A DNA stretch of 61,740 bases, the filler included, from Candidatus Woesearchaeota archaeon (GTDB taxonomy: Archaea > Nanobdellota > Nanobdellia > Woesearchaeales > CAZJJJ01), in NCBI GenBank assembly GCA_046538795.1. It is 7 parts of 7 records of this genome, joined end to end, with 100 filler letters (N's around TTAATTAATTAA, not from the genome) between each part and the next. Parts side by side here need not be neighbours in the genome. Positions count along the whole stretch, not along the records: positions 1 to 15,968 come from JBKHIF010000030.1; positions 16,069 to 31,990 come from JBKHIF010000031.1; 5 more parts are not named here. One strand, given 5' to 3'. The first letter of the stretch is position 1; each line of letters opens with the position of its first letter. Of this stretch, positions 9,184-18,208 are shown piece after piece. The position numbers were made by a program, and so were the translations under genes. Under the pieces are notes generated by a model. The model had not been told where the DNA came from. It ran no database searches and saw only the letters and a program-made list of their open reading frames with translations.

Positions 9184-10729
9184 TAGCTTCGACCAATAGT
9201 CTGAGAGATATTTCAGATGTTTTTTTCCATCTTTGTATAAATGTATTTATTTCTGTGAAATCAATAATATTATTTTGATTAGAATCTGCTTCATGATATT
9301 CTTGATATTTGATACATGTAGTATGTGATCCGTGAGTTGCAGAAAGAGCCCAATAAGAAAGTTCTGTCACATCCTGTTGACCTGTTCTGAATGCATAGTC
9401 TGAAGCGATTGTATATTCCTGACCTCCTTCAGGAGTTACATATGCTGAATATGTTTTTGTTTCCATATCAACTTCAAAGCGTACATCATAATTCAGATTT
9501 GTGGTATAATTTAGTAGTGTCTCATATTGGTATGATCCACCATTTCTTGCATCTACATTATTGTTAGTATTGAATCTTACTGTAATTGCATAATCGCTCC
9601 ATGTTGATCCCTGCGAATCTGCAAAAGAAATCAATCCGTCAGAACCCATGTTGTGAATGGTTGTATTAAAACTTAATATAAATGATTCAGACATTGGAAA
9701 TTGAAGAGGAAAATTATTCCATGCACTTGTACTTGTAAAGCATATTGTCCTGCATTCTTCACAGCAGAAATTGCTGCAAGTTGAATCAAATTGAGATATG
9801 TGTCCTGAAGCGCATTCATCACAGCAGTAGTATCCTTGGTTTAGGCATGTTGGTTCAGTATCAGAGCAAGTACCGCCGATGCAACACCTGTTTGCACAAT
9901 CTCCTGAAGAAGAAAATGATCCTCCTTCACAGGTTTGTCCCTGAGAACAGCATGTCCCTTCCTGATCAGAACATGCGCTTATAGTTCCCTGATATTCAAT
10001 TGCTCCTATGTCAGGGAAGGAATCTCTGGAATTTCCAAATATATCTGTTTCTGGGATTTTTATTTCTGAATTTCCCTGATAGCCTGAGTTTGTTGCCTGA
10101 CTTTCTTCATCTATCATGAAATCATTCTTTACAGGATCGAAAACCTGATTTCCGTATGCATCTGGTATCCCTGAAAACAATGGATCTGAATTTACTATAT
10201 CATTAGTATTTTCAGTATATTGCCCGGTTGAATATCCAAACATATTATAATTGCCTCTATGCTCTGATGGAATGTATGAGGCTCCCATATGGGCATAATT
10301 TATAGAAAGTATGATGTTGTTGTACATATCAAGATTGTTTACGTTTGGTCCTATTGCAAGACCTCCGTAAGACCCCTGCACTTTTCCCCATAATATATTG
10401 TTGTATAATTTTATGTTATTAACTTCCTGAAGGTAGAATATGAATCCTGTTTCAGGCGTGTAGAATATATTGTTTTCAAAAAGAAGATTTGAAGCGATAC
10501 CATCCAGATTTCCCATGAATACAGCTGCTGTACTTCCAACTTCATATACAAGATTTTCTGTGAAATTGCTATTTTCTATTCCGAAGATTTCAATTCCATC
10601 GCTGTGGCCGTTGTAGCATTGGCCGCATCCGTTATCTGTTCCGCATGAATGAAGATTGCTTATGGTATTGTTCTTGAATTTAAGATAGCTTCCTGAATGC
10701 ATCCCAAGTCCGTCATCAGCAGCAGGCAT
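9161..10729 (-). CDS. C-terminal part of a large Cys-rich surface protein (beta-helix, Cys repeats, lectin-like domain, dockerin/EF-hand-like end)
   Basis: NN-I/F beta-helix repeats, HSDGIE, PDIGAIEY, CC repeats, ADSNQNNIIDFTEI. No signal peptide; 14-nt overlap with the upstream ORF. Confidence 0.65.
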   Translation of the reverse strand: MPAADDGLGMHSGSYLKFKNNTISNLHSCGTDNGCGQCYNGHSDGIEIFGIENSNFTENLVYEVGSTAAVFMGNLDGIASNLLFENNIFYTPETGFIFYLQEVNNIKLYNNILWGKVQGSYGGLAIGPNVNNLDMYNNIILSINYAHMGASYIPSEHRGNYNMFGYSTGQYTENTNDIVNSDPLFSGIPDAYGNQVFDPVKNDFMIDEESQATNSGYQGNSEIKIPETDIFGNSRDSFPDIGAIEYQGTISACSDQEGTCCSQGQTCEGGSFSSSGDCANRCCIGGTCSDTEPTCLNQGYYCCDECASGHISQFDSTCSNFCCEECRTICFTSTSAWNNFPLQFPMSESFILSFNTTIHNMGSDGLISFADSQGSTWSDYAITVRFNTNNNVDARNGGSYQYETLLNYTTNLNYDVRFEVDMETKTYSAYVTPEGGQEYTIASDYAFRTGQQDVTELSYWALSATHGSHTTCIKYQEYHEADSNQNNIIDFTEINTFIQRWKKTSEISLRLLVEAIDIWKNN

Positions 10730-13016
10730 AAGAAGCCGATATTAGAAGACAGGAACAGCTTCCCATGGTCTGTGTTCCTCCTGATTCCTGAAAATTGCCG
10801 TTCATATCAATGCTTTTAAGCGTTACGTGCTCGCTTCCTATATTAACTGCATTTCCTCTTAATTCTCCGCGAATTTCCAGATTCAGTCCGTTTCCATCAA
10901 CATAGTAATATGGTTGAGAAAAACTTATTGGAGAAAAAACTGTTTTTCCATCACCAAAACTATCTTGCCATCCTGTTGATGAGCCGTGGTCAGACATGGT
11001 GGCTTTTTTTATTTTTATCAAATTTGTTCCTGATGGAGAATCATCAAAATCATAAGAAGGATATGTTCCGTCTGCAATATAATGTGTTGCTCCTCTTTCC
11101 AGATTATCTGGAAGTTCGGTGTAGGCGTTATTCCAGTCAGATCCATCATTATTTCCAGAAGCATCTGATCTTATGTGATATGTACTTCCAGATTCAGGAA
11201 TGTCTTCACAATTTTCTGTATCAAAACCAGAACAATCTGAAAGACATGATAATGATCCGGTATCATAACCTTGAGATATGCATGTGTTTCCGTTAAGATC
11301 GGTTCCGTCACAGGTTTCACCTGATTCAGCGATACTATTTCCACAGACCGGAGAAGCCAGATTGCAATTTTTGTTGCATCCAAGATTGCATGGATCATAA
11401 TCGCATGCTCTTTGATTTGGATAATCATCACAGGTTTGTGCGATAATTCCTGTGTCTGAATTTGCCCATGCACATCTTACATTCTCGCCATCACAATCAT
11501 AGTGTCCCTGTGAATATGTATCTGTAGGATCATCCATTTTCCATGTGCAGCCATAATTATCCCTGTGGATATCCCATAGAGATGATGCAAAATGATTTGA
11601 GTGATGTCCTGGATTAGCACCCCCTGTAGTTGTCACTTGAGAATATCTATCTTGGTAATCAAACAAAGCATCATGGTTCCATAAATCTTTTGCATCCATT
11701 ATATGTGCAGAAAGGATAAATCCATACCACGAAACAGCATTACAGCATTGCCTGTATCTTGAATCCCAGCTTTTAGCATCATGTTCAGGACTGTCTGCAT
11801 GTCTTATTCCCCACTCAGCCAACCCTATATCTGATGTTTGATACGGAAAAGAATCTCCGCTTGTCCTTTCAACTTCTTCCTGAGAGACATAATAAGTCTG
11901 GTCATCTTCTCCAAATCTTGCTCCGGTAGTATCCCAGCTTCCTATGTTTTTCATATCATCATTATCAAGCATAATTCCTGCAAGTATTATAGGGAATTTT
12001 CTTCCTGAAGAATGACCTCCATTATTGGGCCAGCCTCCGCCATTTTCTATTATTGCATAATTATCTATGCCAAGTTGAATATATTTGTAGAGAAGTTCTT
12101 GTTTTTCAGCATCTGCAAAATCCATGTTTAGCATCATTGCTGCAATGCTTGAATCTGCAGAAATATCTCTCCCATATGTTTCCATGTATGAATGGTGGAT
12201 TTGTGCACCATCCCATTCCCACAGAAAATCAAGCCAAGGTCTTGAAAAAGGCGCAAGTGCGGTTTGCATAGAGGGGGTGTCTGCTGTATGCCCTAAATTT
12301 CCAAGCAAAGAATAATCAAGGTTTTCTGTAGAATACATTGTTTTATCATTACCCGAATAGGCAGGTCTGAAGGAATTATCAAGAGGAGATGATGAAAGTA
12401 CAGTGAGTATCGCAACATCTTCTATGGGAAAATCTTCATGTATGCAGTCTCCAAAAAAATCATACCATCCGTCTCTTCCTGCATCATCAGTACATTCTGT
12501 AGGGTCTGGTTTACTTTTTGTTGATATGAGAGAGCTTTGTACAGGGACAGACAAGGGTAAATCTAATGAAACATCATAAGTATGTTGTCTTGCCCTGGAA
12601 TCAAAATTATGCCCGTCTGCAGTAACTGGATTTATCATAAAACCATTTCTTGCTGTAACATATACGCACTCATAATCAATGCAGTAATCAGCATAGGCGT
12701 ATTCTCCAAGATAATCTGTAGGATGATTTTCACAATATACAAGCTGTTCAGCTCCTCCATGGTGCCTGCAATAATCTGTTGTATAAGAAATATCATAGAT
12801 GGGTTCAGGATCTATTGATGTTATTGTCACAGGTCCTACAACCCAATAATCTCCAGTTACAAATTGTCCGCATTGATATGCCTGGTCAAATGTCCAGGTT
12901 ATTGCATGCTGTGTTATGGATGTGTCAGAACCTGATTCGCAGGATGCATTTGTGATTATAGGAAAACATAGAAGTAGAATAAATGATATGATTATTTTTT
13001 TGAAATGTATCTTCAT
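10716..13016 (-). CDS. N-terminal part of a large secreted Cys-rich surface protein
   Basis: Signal peptide, ITWTFD...GDYWVVGPV domain, CGNSIAESGETCDG repeat, GNNDGSDWNNAY start of a beta-helix that is cut off by the stop. Confidence 0.7.
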   Translation of the reverse strand: MKIHFKKIIISFILLLCFPIITNASCESGSDTSITQHAITWTFDQAYQCGQFVTGDYWVVGPVTITSIDPEPIYDISYTTDYCRHHGGAEQLVYCENHPTDYLGEYAYADYCIDYECVYVTARNGFMINPVTADGHNFDSRARQHTYDVSLDLPLSVPVQSSLISTKSKPDPTECTDDAGRDGWYDFFGDCIHEDFPIEDVAILTVLSSSPLDNSFRPAYSGNDKTMYSTENLDYSLLGNLGHTADTPSMQTALAPFSRPWLDFLWEWDGAQIHHSYMETYGRDISADSSIAAMMLNMDFADAEKQELLYKYIQLGIDNYAIIENGGGWPNNGGHSSGRKFPIILAGIMLDNDDMKNIGSWDTTGARFGEDDQTYYVSQEEVERTSGDSFPYQTSDIGLAEWGIRHADSPEHDAKSWDSRYRQCCNAVSWYGFILSAHIMDAKDLWNHDALFDYQDRYSQVTTTGGANPGHHSNHFASSLWDIHRDNYGCTWKMDDPTDTYSQGHYDCDGENVRCAWANSDTGIIAQTCDDYPNQRACDYDPCNLGCNKNCNLASPVCGNSIAESGETCDGTDLNGNTCISQGYDTGSLSCLSDCSGFDTENCEDIPESGSTYHIRSDASGNNDGSDWNNAYTELPDNLERGATHYIADGTYPSYDFDDSPSGTNLIKIKKATMSDHGSSTGWQDSFGDGKTVFSPISFSQPYYYVDGNGLNLEIRGELRGNAVNIGSEHVTLKSIDMNGNFQESGGTQTMGSCSCLLISASYACC

Positions 13017-13056
13017 TTTATATTTTGATTTATATTCTTTTAAATAAATATTGGAT

Positions 13057-14391
13057 TTATGATATTATCTTTGCTGCTGCAATTTTTTCTTTTACGTAGT
13101 TTTCTTTTAGCAGTTCTTCTATAAGCTCTTTTGGTTTTGTATATCTTCTTTTTACGAGTGCTAAGATCCTTCCGTCTTTTTCAAAAGTCTCTTTGTATTT
13201 GATCTTAAACATATTTACATTTATTTTTTTAGAAAGCGGCGGACCTTCCTGTATTTTATCTTCACAAAGCTTTTCTTGTTTTAAGTAAAATATCATATAG
13301 CACTTTTTTTTATCCCATTTCCAGAATTTATCTTCTATGTCGAAATCATTTTCTTTTAGTTTTTTTGTGATGTGATTGAATACCTTGAGAAGTTTTGCCC
13401 CCTGAACATCTTTTTTTCCGGGTCTAGGGAGCACTTTTATTGCATGTATATTTCTGTTTTCTTTTTTTGCATTTTTAAACAGCTTATCTATATCAAGTTC
13501 TTGTTTTTCAAAGAAACTTTCATGTGGATTTTCAAGAAAGGCTTTGGACGATTCTTTCATCAGGCTGAATTTTTCAAGAGATAATGACGCAGCTGCATTT
13601 CTTGTTTTTTCAACAGGATCTATAACAATGAGCGGAGATATTTTTGCCTTGTTAAGCTTTGATAAGGCTTCTTTTTCGTTTTTGTAATGATTTTCTACAT
13701 CTATTATCTGTTTTTTTTTCCATTCCAAAGAGTTTTTTACAAGATTTTCAAAAGAACCATAATAAGCAGTCAATATATCAACTACATGACCCGAGAAACC
13801 TCTTATGTATGATTCTGCTCCATAAAGCTCTTGTGATTTCATGAAAAGCTTTGTAAGTATGATCTGATCTTTGAGCTCTGATTTTTGTTTAATCTTGTTT
13901 TTTATCCAGTTGACATGTAAAGGAGAAGAATCTGTAATGTTCAAAGCATTTTTAGGATCTTCAATGTGCAATACAGGTATTATCTCAAATTCAATTTCAT
14001 TTGCATTTTTGATTCTTGTTTTCGAACTAAACTGGAAATAGTCCCTTGAACCATGTACTCTTTGATATTTTCCTTCAGTAAGTTTTTTGATGATAGGTTC
14101 CAGCAAATCAGGTAAGCTTTCATTGTTTGCCCTGTATTCTTCGCTGAATCTTACAAAAACATCGCAGTCAAATTGTCCTTTAAGAAAAGTTCCTTTGGCT
14201 GATGAACCTCCAAGCATCGCCTTTGCAGATATGTTTCTTTTTTTTAGAAGTTCATCTATTTTTTTAATAGTCTTATCAACACAAGACATTATGCTTTCTT
14301 TTTCTTTCGCAGAGAATGTATTTTTACTGATTATTTTTTTGAAATTGATTTTTTCCCCCAGATTTTCATTGATTGTTTTTTCATCAACCAT
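13057..14391 (-). CDS. cca: CCA-adding enzyme, archaeal class I
   Basis: GGSSAKGTFLKGQFDCDVF, YGAESYIRGFSG and IDPVEKTRNAAA motifs. Confidence 0.95.
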   Translation of the reverse strand: MVDEKTINENLGEKINFKKIISKNTFSAKEKESIMSCVDKTIKKIDELLKKRNISAKAMLGGSSAKGTFLKGQFDCDVFVRFSEEYRANNESLPDLLEPIIKKLTEGKYQRVHGSRDYFQFSSKTRIKNANEIEFEIIPVLHIEDPKNALNITDSSPLHVNWIKNKIKQKSELKDQIILTKLFMKSQELYGAESYIRGFSGHVVDILTAYYGSFENLVKNSLEWKKKQIIDVENHYKNEKEALSKLNKAKISPLIVIDPVEKTRNAAASLSLEKFSLMKESSKAFLENPHESFFEKQELDIDKLFKNAKKENRNIHAIKVLPRPGKKDVQGAKLLKVFNHITKKLKENDFDIEDKFWKWDKKKCYMIFYLKQEKLCEDKIQEGPPLSKKINVNMFKIKYKETFEKDGRILALVKRRYTKPKELIEELLKENYVKEKIAAAKIIS

Positions 14392-14490
14392 CTGATTTTT
14401 ATAGACAAGATATGTTTAAAAGCCTTTTGAATTTTGTTTAGATAGTTAGTTGGAGAAAATATTTCCCTGTGCAAAAGACAGTCTGTGTTA

Positions 14491-14596
14491 TATTTATGCC
14501 CTTTGGGTATTTATGCCCTGTGGGTATTTATGCCCTGTGGGTATTTATGCCCTTTGGGTATTTATGCCCTTTGGGTACTTATGCCCTGTTGGTACT
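14491..14596 (+). repeat. Tandem repeat, six 17-bp units TATTTATGCCCT(T/G)TGGG
   Basis: Units start at 14491, 14508, 14525, 14542, 14559 and 14576 (the last is degenerate). No spacers. Confidence 0.95.
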
Positions 14597-14704
14597 AAAT
14601 TGGAGCAGGCAATTAGTTAATGAAATAATTATCCATTCTATATTTTTTAGAAAACTTAATAAAGTTTCTTTGTTAAAGTTCATTGATAAAAGAGGCGTAC
14701 TTAG

Positions 14705-15892
14705 ATGATTGATTATACATATTATGCATTGTTGCTTGTAATTTTTGTTCTTTCCTTTGGAGCTTATTTCTTATTAAGGAAACGATTGAATTACTCCCAA
14801 ACTTTAGTCCTGATGATTACAGGAATCGTTATGGGAAGCATACGTTTTGGAAATGATTTCCTGATAAACATACCTGATAATCTATTATATTCAATTGCGG
14901 TTCTTTCTGTTGTGATATATCTATTTAATTTTGCTACACGTATAAACATAAAACAATTTGAAATCCATTTTCCTGAATCATTCAGGATGTCTTTTATTTT
15001 TCTTGGAACAAGCCTTGTTTTTCTTTCGGCACTTGCTTATTTTATCTTCGGGATAAGGTCTGTAATGCTTTGCCTGATATTTGCATCTGCTGTTTCAGGG
15101 ACATTTCTTACAAGACAGATAAAAGAACAGATGGATCATGTTGAAAAGAAAAGGATTGTAAAAATACTTGATCATGAAGCTGTCCTAAGTACTATTATTG
15201 CTTTTGTGGTTTCGTTCATATTCATAGATTTTGTTATCAATGTTGATTATTCAGAAATGTTCCAGGATTTTTTGTTGGCTTCTGTTCCATTCTTAAGATC
15301 TATTCTTGTAGGTGCAGGAATAGGATTTATAATTGCAGTCATCTCATTTAGGTTTATTAGGAAGATAGAGCATAACGCTTTTCCACCTGTCATCCTTTTT
15401 TTTCTTGCAGTTGCAATATTTATAGTAAGCTTTTTTTTAGGCGGAAATTATGTTATTGGAATTGCAGTATTCGGATTGTTTTTTGCAAATGCCCATATTA
15501 AAGATAAGAAGTATTTTTATGATCACTCTGATTTTGTATCAAAAATATTTGAATTTGCTCTTCCTCTTTTTGCCGGTATTTATATAAGATCATATTTAAA
15601 CTTTAGTTTTATCCTAAAATCATCTTTTATCTTTTTTTTGTTTCTTGTCCTGAGATATTTTTCAATTTCATTGATATTAAAAAAAAAGAGGCTTGATTTT
15701 GGAAAGAAGCTTTATCTTACACTCTGTCCTGAAATAAGCATGGCAGCGCCTGCTGTTGCACTTTTTATATTGTCAACTTTTCTTCAGACCGAGTGGCTTA
15801 CTAAAACCGCATCAGTTATTTTATTGTTTGTGTTATTTTCTTCAATAATATCTGAAGCAGTAAAACGGATTGAAGCAAAATTTCTGGGTTGA
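14705..15892 (+). CDS. Cation:proton antiporter-like membrane protein (CPA1/NhaP-like, divergent)
   Basis: About 12 hydrophobic segments; ILDHEAVL and SILVGAGIG...GGNYVIGIAVFGLFFAN patterns. Confidence 0.7.
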   Translation: MIDYTYYALLLVIFVLSFGAYFLLRKRLNYSQTLVLMITGIVMGSIRFGNDFLINIPDNLLYSIAVLSVVIYLFNFATRINIKQFEIHFPESFRMSFIFLGTSLVFLSALAYFIFGIRSVMLCLIFASAVSGTFLTRQIKEQMDHVEKKRIVKILDHEAVLSTIIAFVVSFIFIDFVINVDYSEMFQDFLLASVPFLRSILVGAGIGFIIAVISFRFIRKIEHNAFPPVILFFLAVAIFIVSFFLGGNYVIGIAVFGLFFANAHIKDKKYFYDHSDFVSKIFEFALPLFAGIYIRSYLNFSFILKSSFIFFLFLVLRYFSISLILKKKRLDFGKKLYLTLCPEISMAAPAVALFILSTFLQTEWLTKTASVILLFVLFSSIISEAVKRIEAKFLG

Positions 15893-15900
15893 ATTAGTTA

Positions 15901-15968
15901 TTGAAAATTTCGTATGAAACACGATTGAAACCTTGTTTCAATGTGCGCAGAAATTTAAAAAATTTCTT
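15901..15968 (+). repeat. Dispersed structured intergenic repeat, copy C (5' part, cut by contig end)
   Basis: Hairpins ATTGAAAC-CTT-GTTTCAAT and AGAAATTT-AAA-AAATTTCT; similar to 1-53 and 35238-35303. Confidence 0.85.
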
Positions 15969-16068
15969 NNNNNNNNNNNNNNNNNNNNNNNNNNNNNNNN
16001 NNNNNNNNNNNNTTAATTAATTAANNNNNNNNNNNNNNNNNNNNNNNNNNNNNNNNNNNNNNNNNNNN
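15969..16068. other. Artificial contig linker (N-run + TTAATTAATTAA); same at 31991-32090, 47831-47930, 51504-51603, 54935-55034, 58363-58462
   Basis: Identical 100-nt spacer containing stops in all frames; contigs appear ordered by decreasing length. Confidence 0.98.
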
Positions 16069-16140
16069 CTCAAACCGATGGCTATTCCCCTACCTGCTCG
16101 AAGAGTACCCTTTCAGGGCAAACCCAAAATTTAGAAATAA
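16069..16140 (-). repeat. Dispersed structured intergenic repeat, copy D
   Basis: Reverse complement reads TTTCTAAATTTTGGGTTTGCCCTGAAAGGGTACTCTTCGAGCAGGTAGGGGAATAGCCATCGGTTTGAG. The 5' part resembles copy B and the 3' part resembles copy A. Confidence 0.85.
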
Positions 16141-16175
16141 TAGAAAACAATATAGAGAAAAAGATAAGAAAAAAA

Positions 16176-18035
16176 TCATCCATTTTTTTCATGAAGATGT
16201 TTGCTTATGGCTTTAACCATGTCTCCTTTCTTGGATAATGGACGCAGTTCATCAGCAAGAGCCTGGTTCTTGACTGTGTTTTGTATCCAGTCTGCAATAG
16301 GATTTGCCTGCGCAGTTACAATCTGAGAAAGTGCATTGTCATCAACATATATTATTTCATCAAGAAGACCTTCAAGATCATTAACAGTTTTTTCACCTAT
16401 CTTAAAATCGTTTGATGTAGGAGGTTCCTGAGGCTGGGAATGTATGAAACTGGAAATCTCGCTTATAATCCCTGATCTTGTCTTAAGTGTCCTAAGTTTT
16501 TCTGAAAGCTGGAGATTGCCCAATGAGTTTTTAACCCAGTCAGCAATCTCATGTTTTGTATCAGAAACATGATTTCTAAAAGTATTATCATCCATATATA
16601 CAAGCTCCTCAAAAAGATCCTGGACGGTTTTTACTGATTTTCCGTTGCTCAACGAAAGAGGCTGGCTTACAGGCTTTTCATGTTCCTGTACAGCTGCATT
16701 TCCTGACTGCTGAGGCTGAGTTTCCTGAGGCTGGCTACCTGAATCAGCACTTCCCCCATTATTTTCCTGCATCTGCTTCTTTATAGCAGAAATATCTACA
16801 AGACCTGAGCTTGCCACTCCATTAGAAGGAGGTTTTCCTGTTGGCACGCTTGTTTCAGCAGAAACAGGCTTTGACTCTGTTGGCTGCTGAGGCTGAGATG
16901 ATTCTAGCTGAGGCTGTTGAGCTGCCGGTTGAGATGGCTGCTGAGCTTGAGATGGTTGCTGAGGCTGAGCATTTTGTTCTGTTTCTTGTGCAGGCGTTTC
17001 TGTTTTCTGTTCTGGTATAGATGTACTTTCAGAAGCAGGTTCGACAGTTGAAGTCTGGCCGCTTATGCTGTCTTCCACAGTTATTTTCTTTTCAGGGGAA
17101 GCAGGTTCCTGTTGTGCAGGCGCTTCATTTGAATCATCCTCTGAAAAATCAGGATTCTCATCTTCTTCACCATTTCCTGCCTCAAGGAAAGGATTATACT
17201 GGTTTGTGACAACCTCATACAATCCTATAAATTTCTCCATGTTTTTTTCCATGACATCCATTTTTGCTGCAAATTGCTTAAGCTCTTCTTTTGTTTTTTC
17301 TCCTTCTACAGAAAGCTCATTTATTCTTTTTTCAGACTCTTTTGTCCTTTCATTAAGATTGTTCCCTATTTCAACCAGCGCCTTTATCTGCTCCATAAGG
17401 AGATTAAGCATGCTTGCGCTTTCTCTCGAAATATTTTTCATGGTTGATGAATCGCGAACAGAATTTTTGGCGTCTTCTTCTTGCCCGGCAGGCGCTTCCT
17501 GAGGTTGTGCAGGGGTCTGATTTGAATTTCCCTGAGGAGAAGATCCTTGCTCTTTGCCCTGAGAATTTGGTTGGGTTTGAGAACCAGACTGGCCAGTCTG
17601 TCCCTGAGCCTGCGCAGCCTGATTATCCTGCCCTCCTGATTCAGGGGACTTCTGGCTCTGCTGTTCTTTTATTGCAGATATATCAACAACCCCTGATTTC
17701 ATGGTTGCTCCTTCCTGAGGCTGGCTGTTATCGGTCTGTTGAGAATTACTGTCTGCAGATTGAGAAGAATCATCTTGCTGAGATGCCTGATTCTGCTGGG
17801 CATTTTGATTATTTTGAGAATTCTGATTCTGCGGTTGTGTTTGAGAACCTTCGGCTTGTTGAGAAGCCTGATTAGTTTTATTTGCCTGAGCTGGCTGTTC
17901 CTGTGGAGGCGCAGGATTTGGGTTTGTATTCTGATTTTCGTTATTTTGCTGAGGAGCAGGCTGCTGCTGTGGCTGGCCGGATTTATCTGAGCCAGCATCA
18001 TTTGCCTTGACCTTATTAATCAGATCTTTTAACAT
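16176..18035 (-). CDS. ArlC(FlaC)-like archaellum accessory protein with long Q/S/P-rich disordered regions and two C-terminal DUF5752-like repeats
   Basis: Coiled coil ending MEKNMEKFIGLYEVVTNQYNPF (FlaC-type); two repeats ending in IADW(V/I)...L...L; downstream of an archaellin gene; GAGGTG RBS. Confidence 0.7.
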   Translation of the reverse strand: MLKDLINKVKANDAGSDKSGQPQQQPAPQQNNENQNTNPNPAPPQEQPAQANKTNQASQQAEGSQTQPQNQNSQNNQNAQQNQASQQDDSSQSADSNSQQTDNSQPQEGATMKSGVVDISAIKEQQSQKSPESGGQDNQAAQAQGQTGQSGSQTQPNSQGKEQGSSPQGNSNQTPAQPQEAPAGQEEDAKNSVRDSSTMKNISRESASMLNLLMEQIKALVEIGNNLNERTKESEKRINELSVEGEKTKEELKQFAAKMDVMEKNMEKFIGLYEVVTNQYNPFLEAGNGEEDENPDFSEDDSNEAPAQQEPASPEKKITVEDSISGQTSTVEPASESTSIPEQKTETPAQETEQNAQPQQPSQAQQPSQPAAQQPQLESSQPQQPTESKPVSAETSVPTGKPPSNGVASSGLVDISAIKKQMQENNGGSADSGSQPQETQPQQSGNAAVQEHEKPVSQPLSLSNGKSVKTVQDLFEELVYMDDNTFRNHVSDTKHEIADWVKNSLGNLQLSEKLRTLKTRSGIISEISSFIHSQPQEPPTSNDFKIGEKTVNDLEGLLDEIIYVDDNALSQIVTAQANPIADWIQNTVKNQALADELRPLSKKGDMVKAISKHLHEKNG

Positions 18036-18073
18036 GCATACACCTCTTTTTTAAAATCCCCTCAAACAGGAAA

Positions 18074-18096
18074 ATTCATCATCAAAAATGATGAAT
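18074..18096. promoter_or_regulatory. Perfect inverted repeat upstream of arlC-like gene (operator or hairpin)
   Basis: ATTCATCAT-CAAAA-ATGATGAAT, about 40 bp before the start codon. Confidence 0.4.
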
Positions 18097-18208
18097 ATAG
18101 TAAAATGATAAAACATTGTATTATAGTTATAACATGAATAGTAATAACATAATTTTGTAAGTTCTGTATTCAGTAAATAATATTTTTATATTCGGCATTT
18201 AGCCTGCT

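Noticed and set aside
10713..10718. Selenocysteine readthrough at the end of the Cys-rich ORF
   Set aside because: There are two consecutive TGA codons, and the coding continuation is in a different frame.
14491..14596. Possible CRISPR array
   Set aside because: 17-bp head-to-tail units with no spacers, and no cas genes in the window.
1..15968. First contig begins and ends with the same 53 nt, suggesting a circular element
   Set aside because: The ends differ at 2 positions, the sequence is part of a dispersed repeat also found at 35238, and the cargo is housekeeping (tpiA, cca) with no replication or integration genes.
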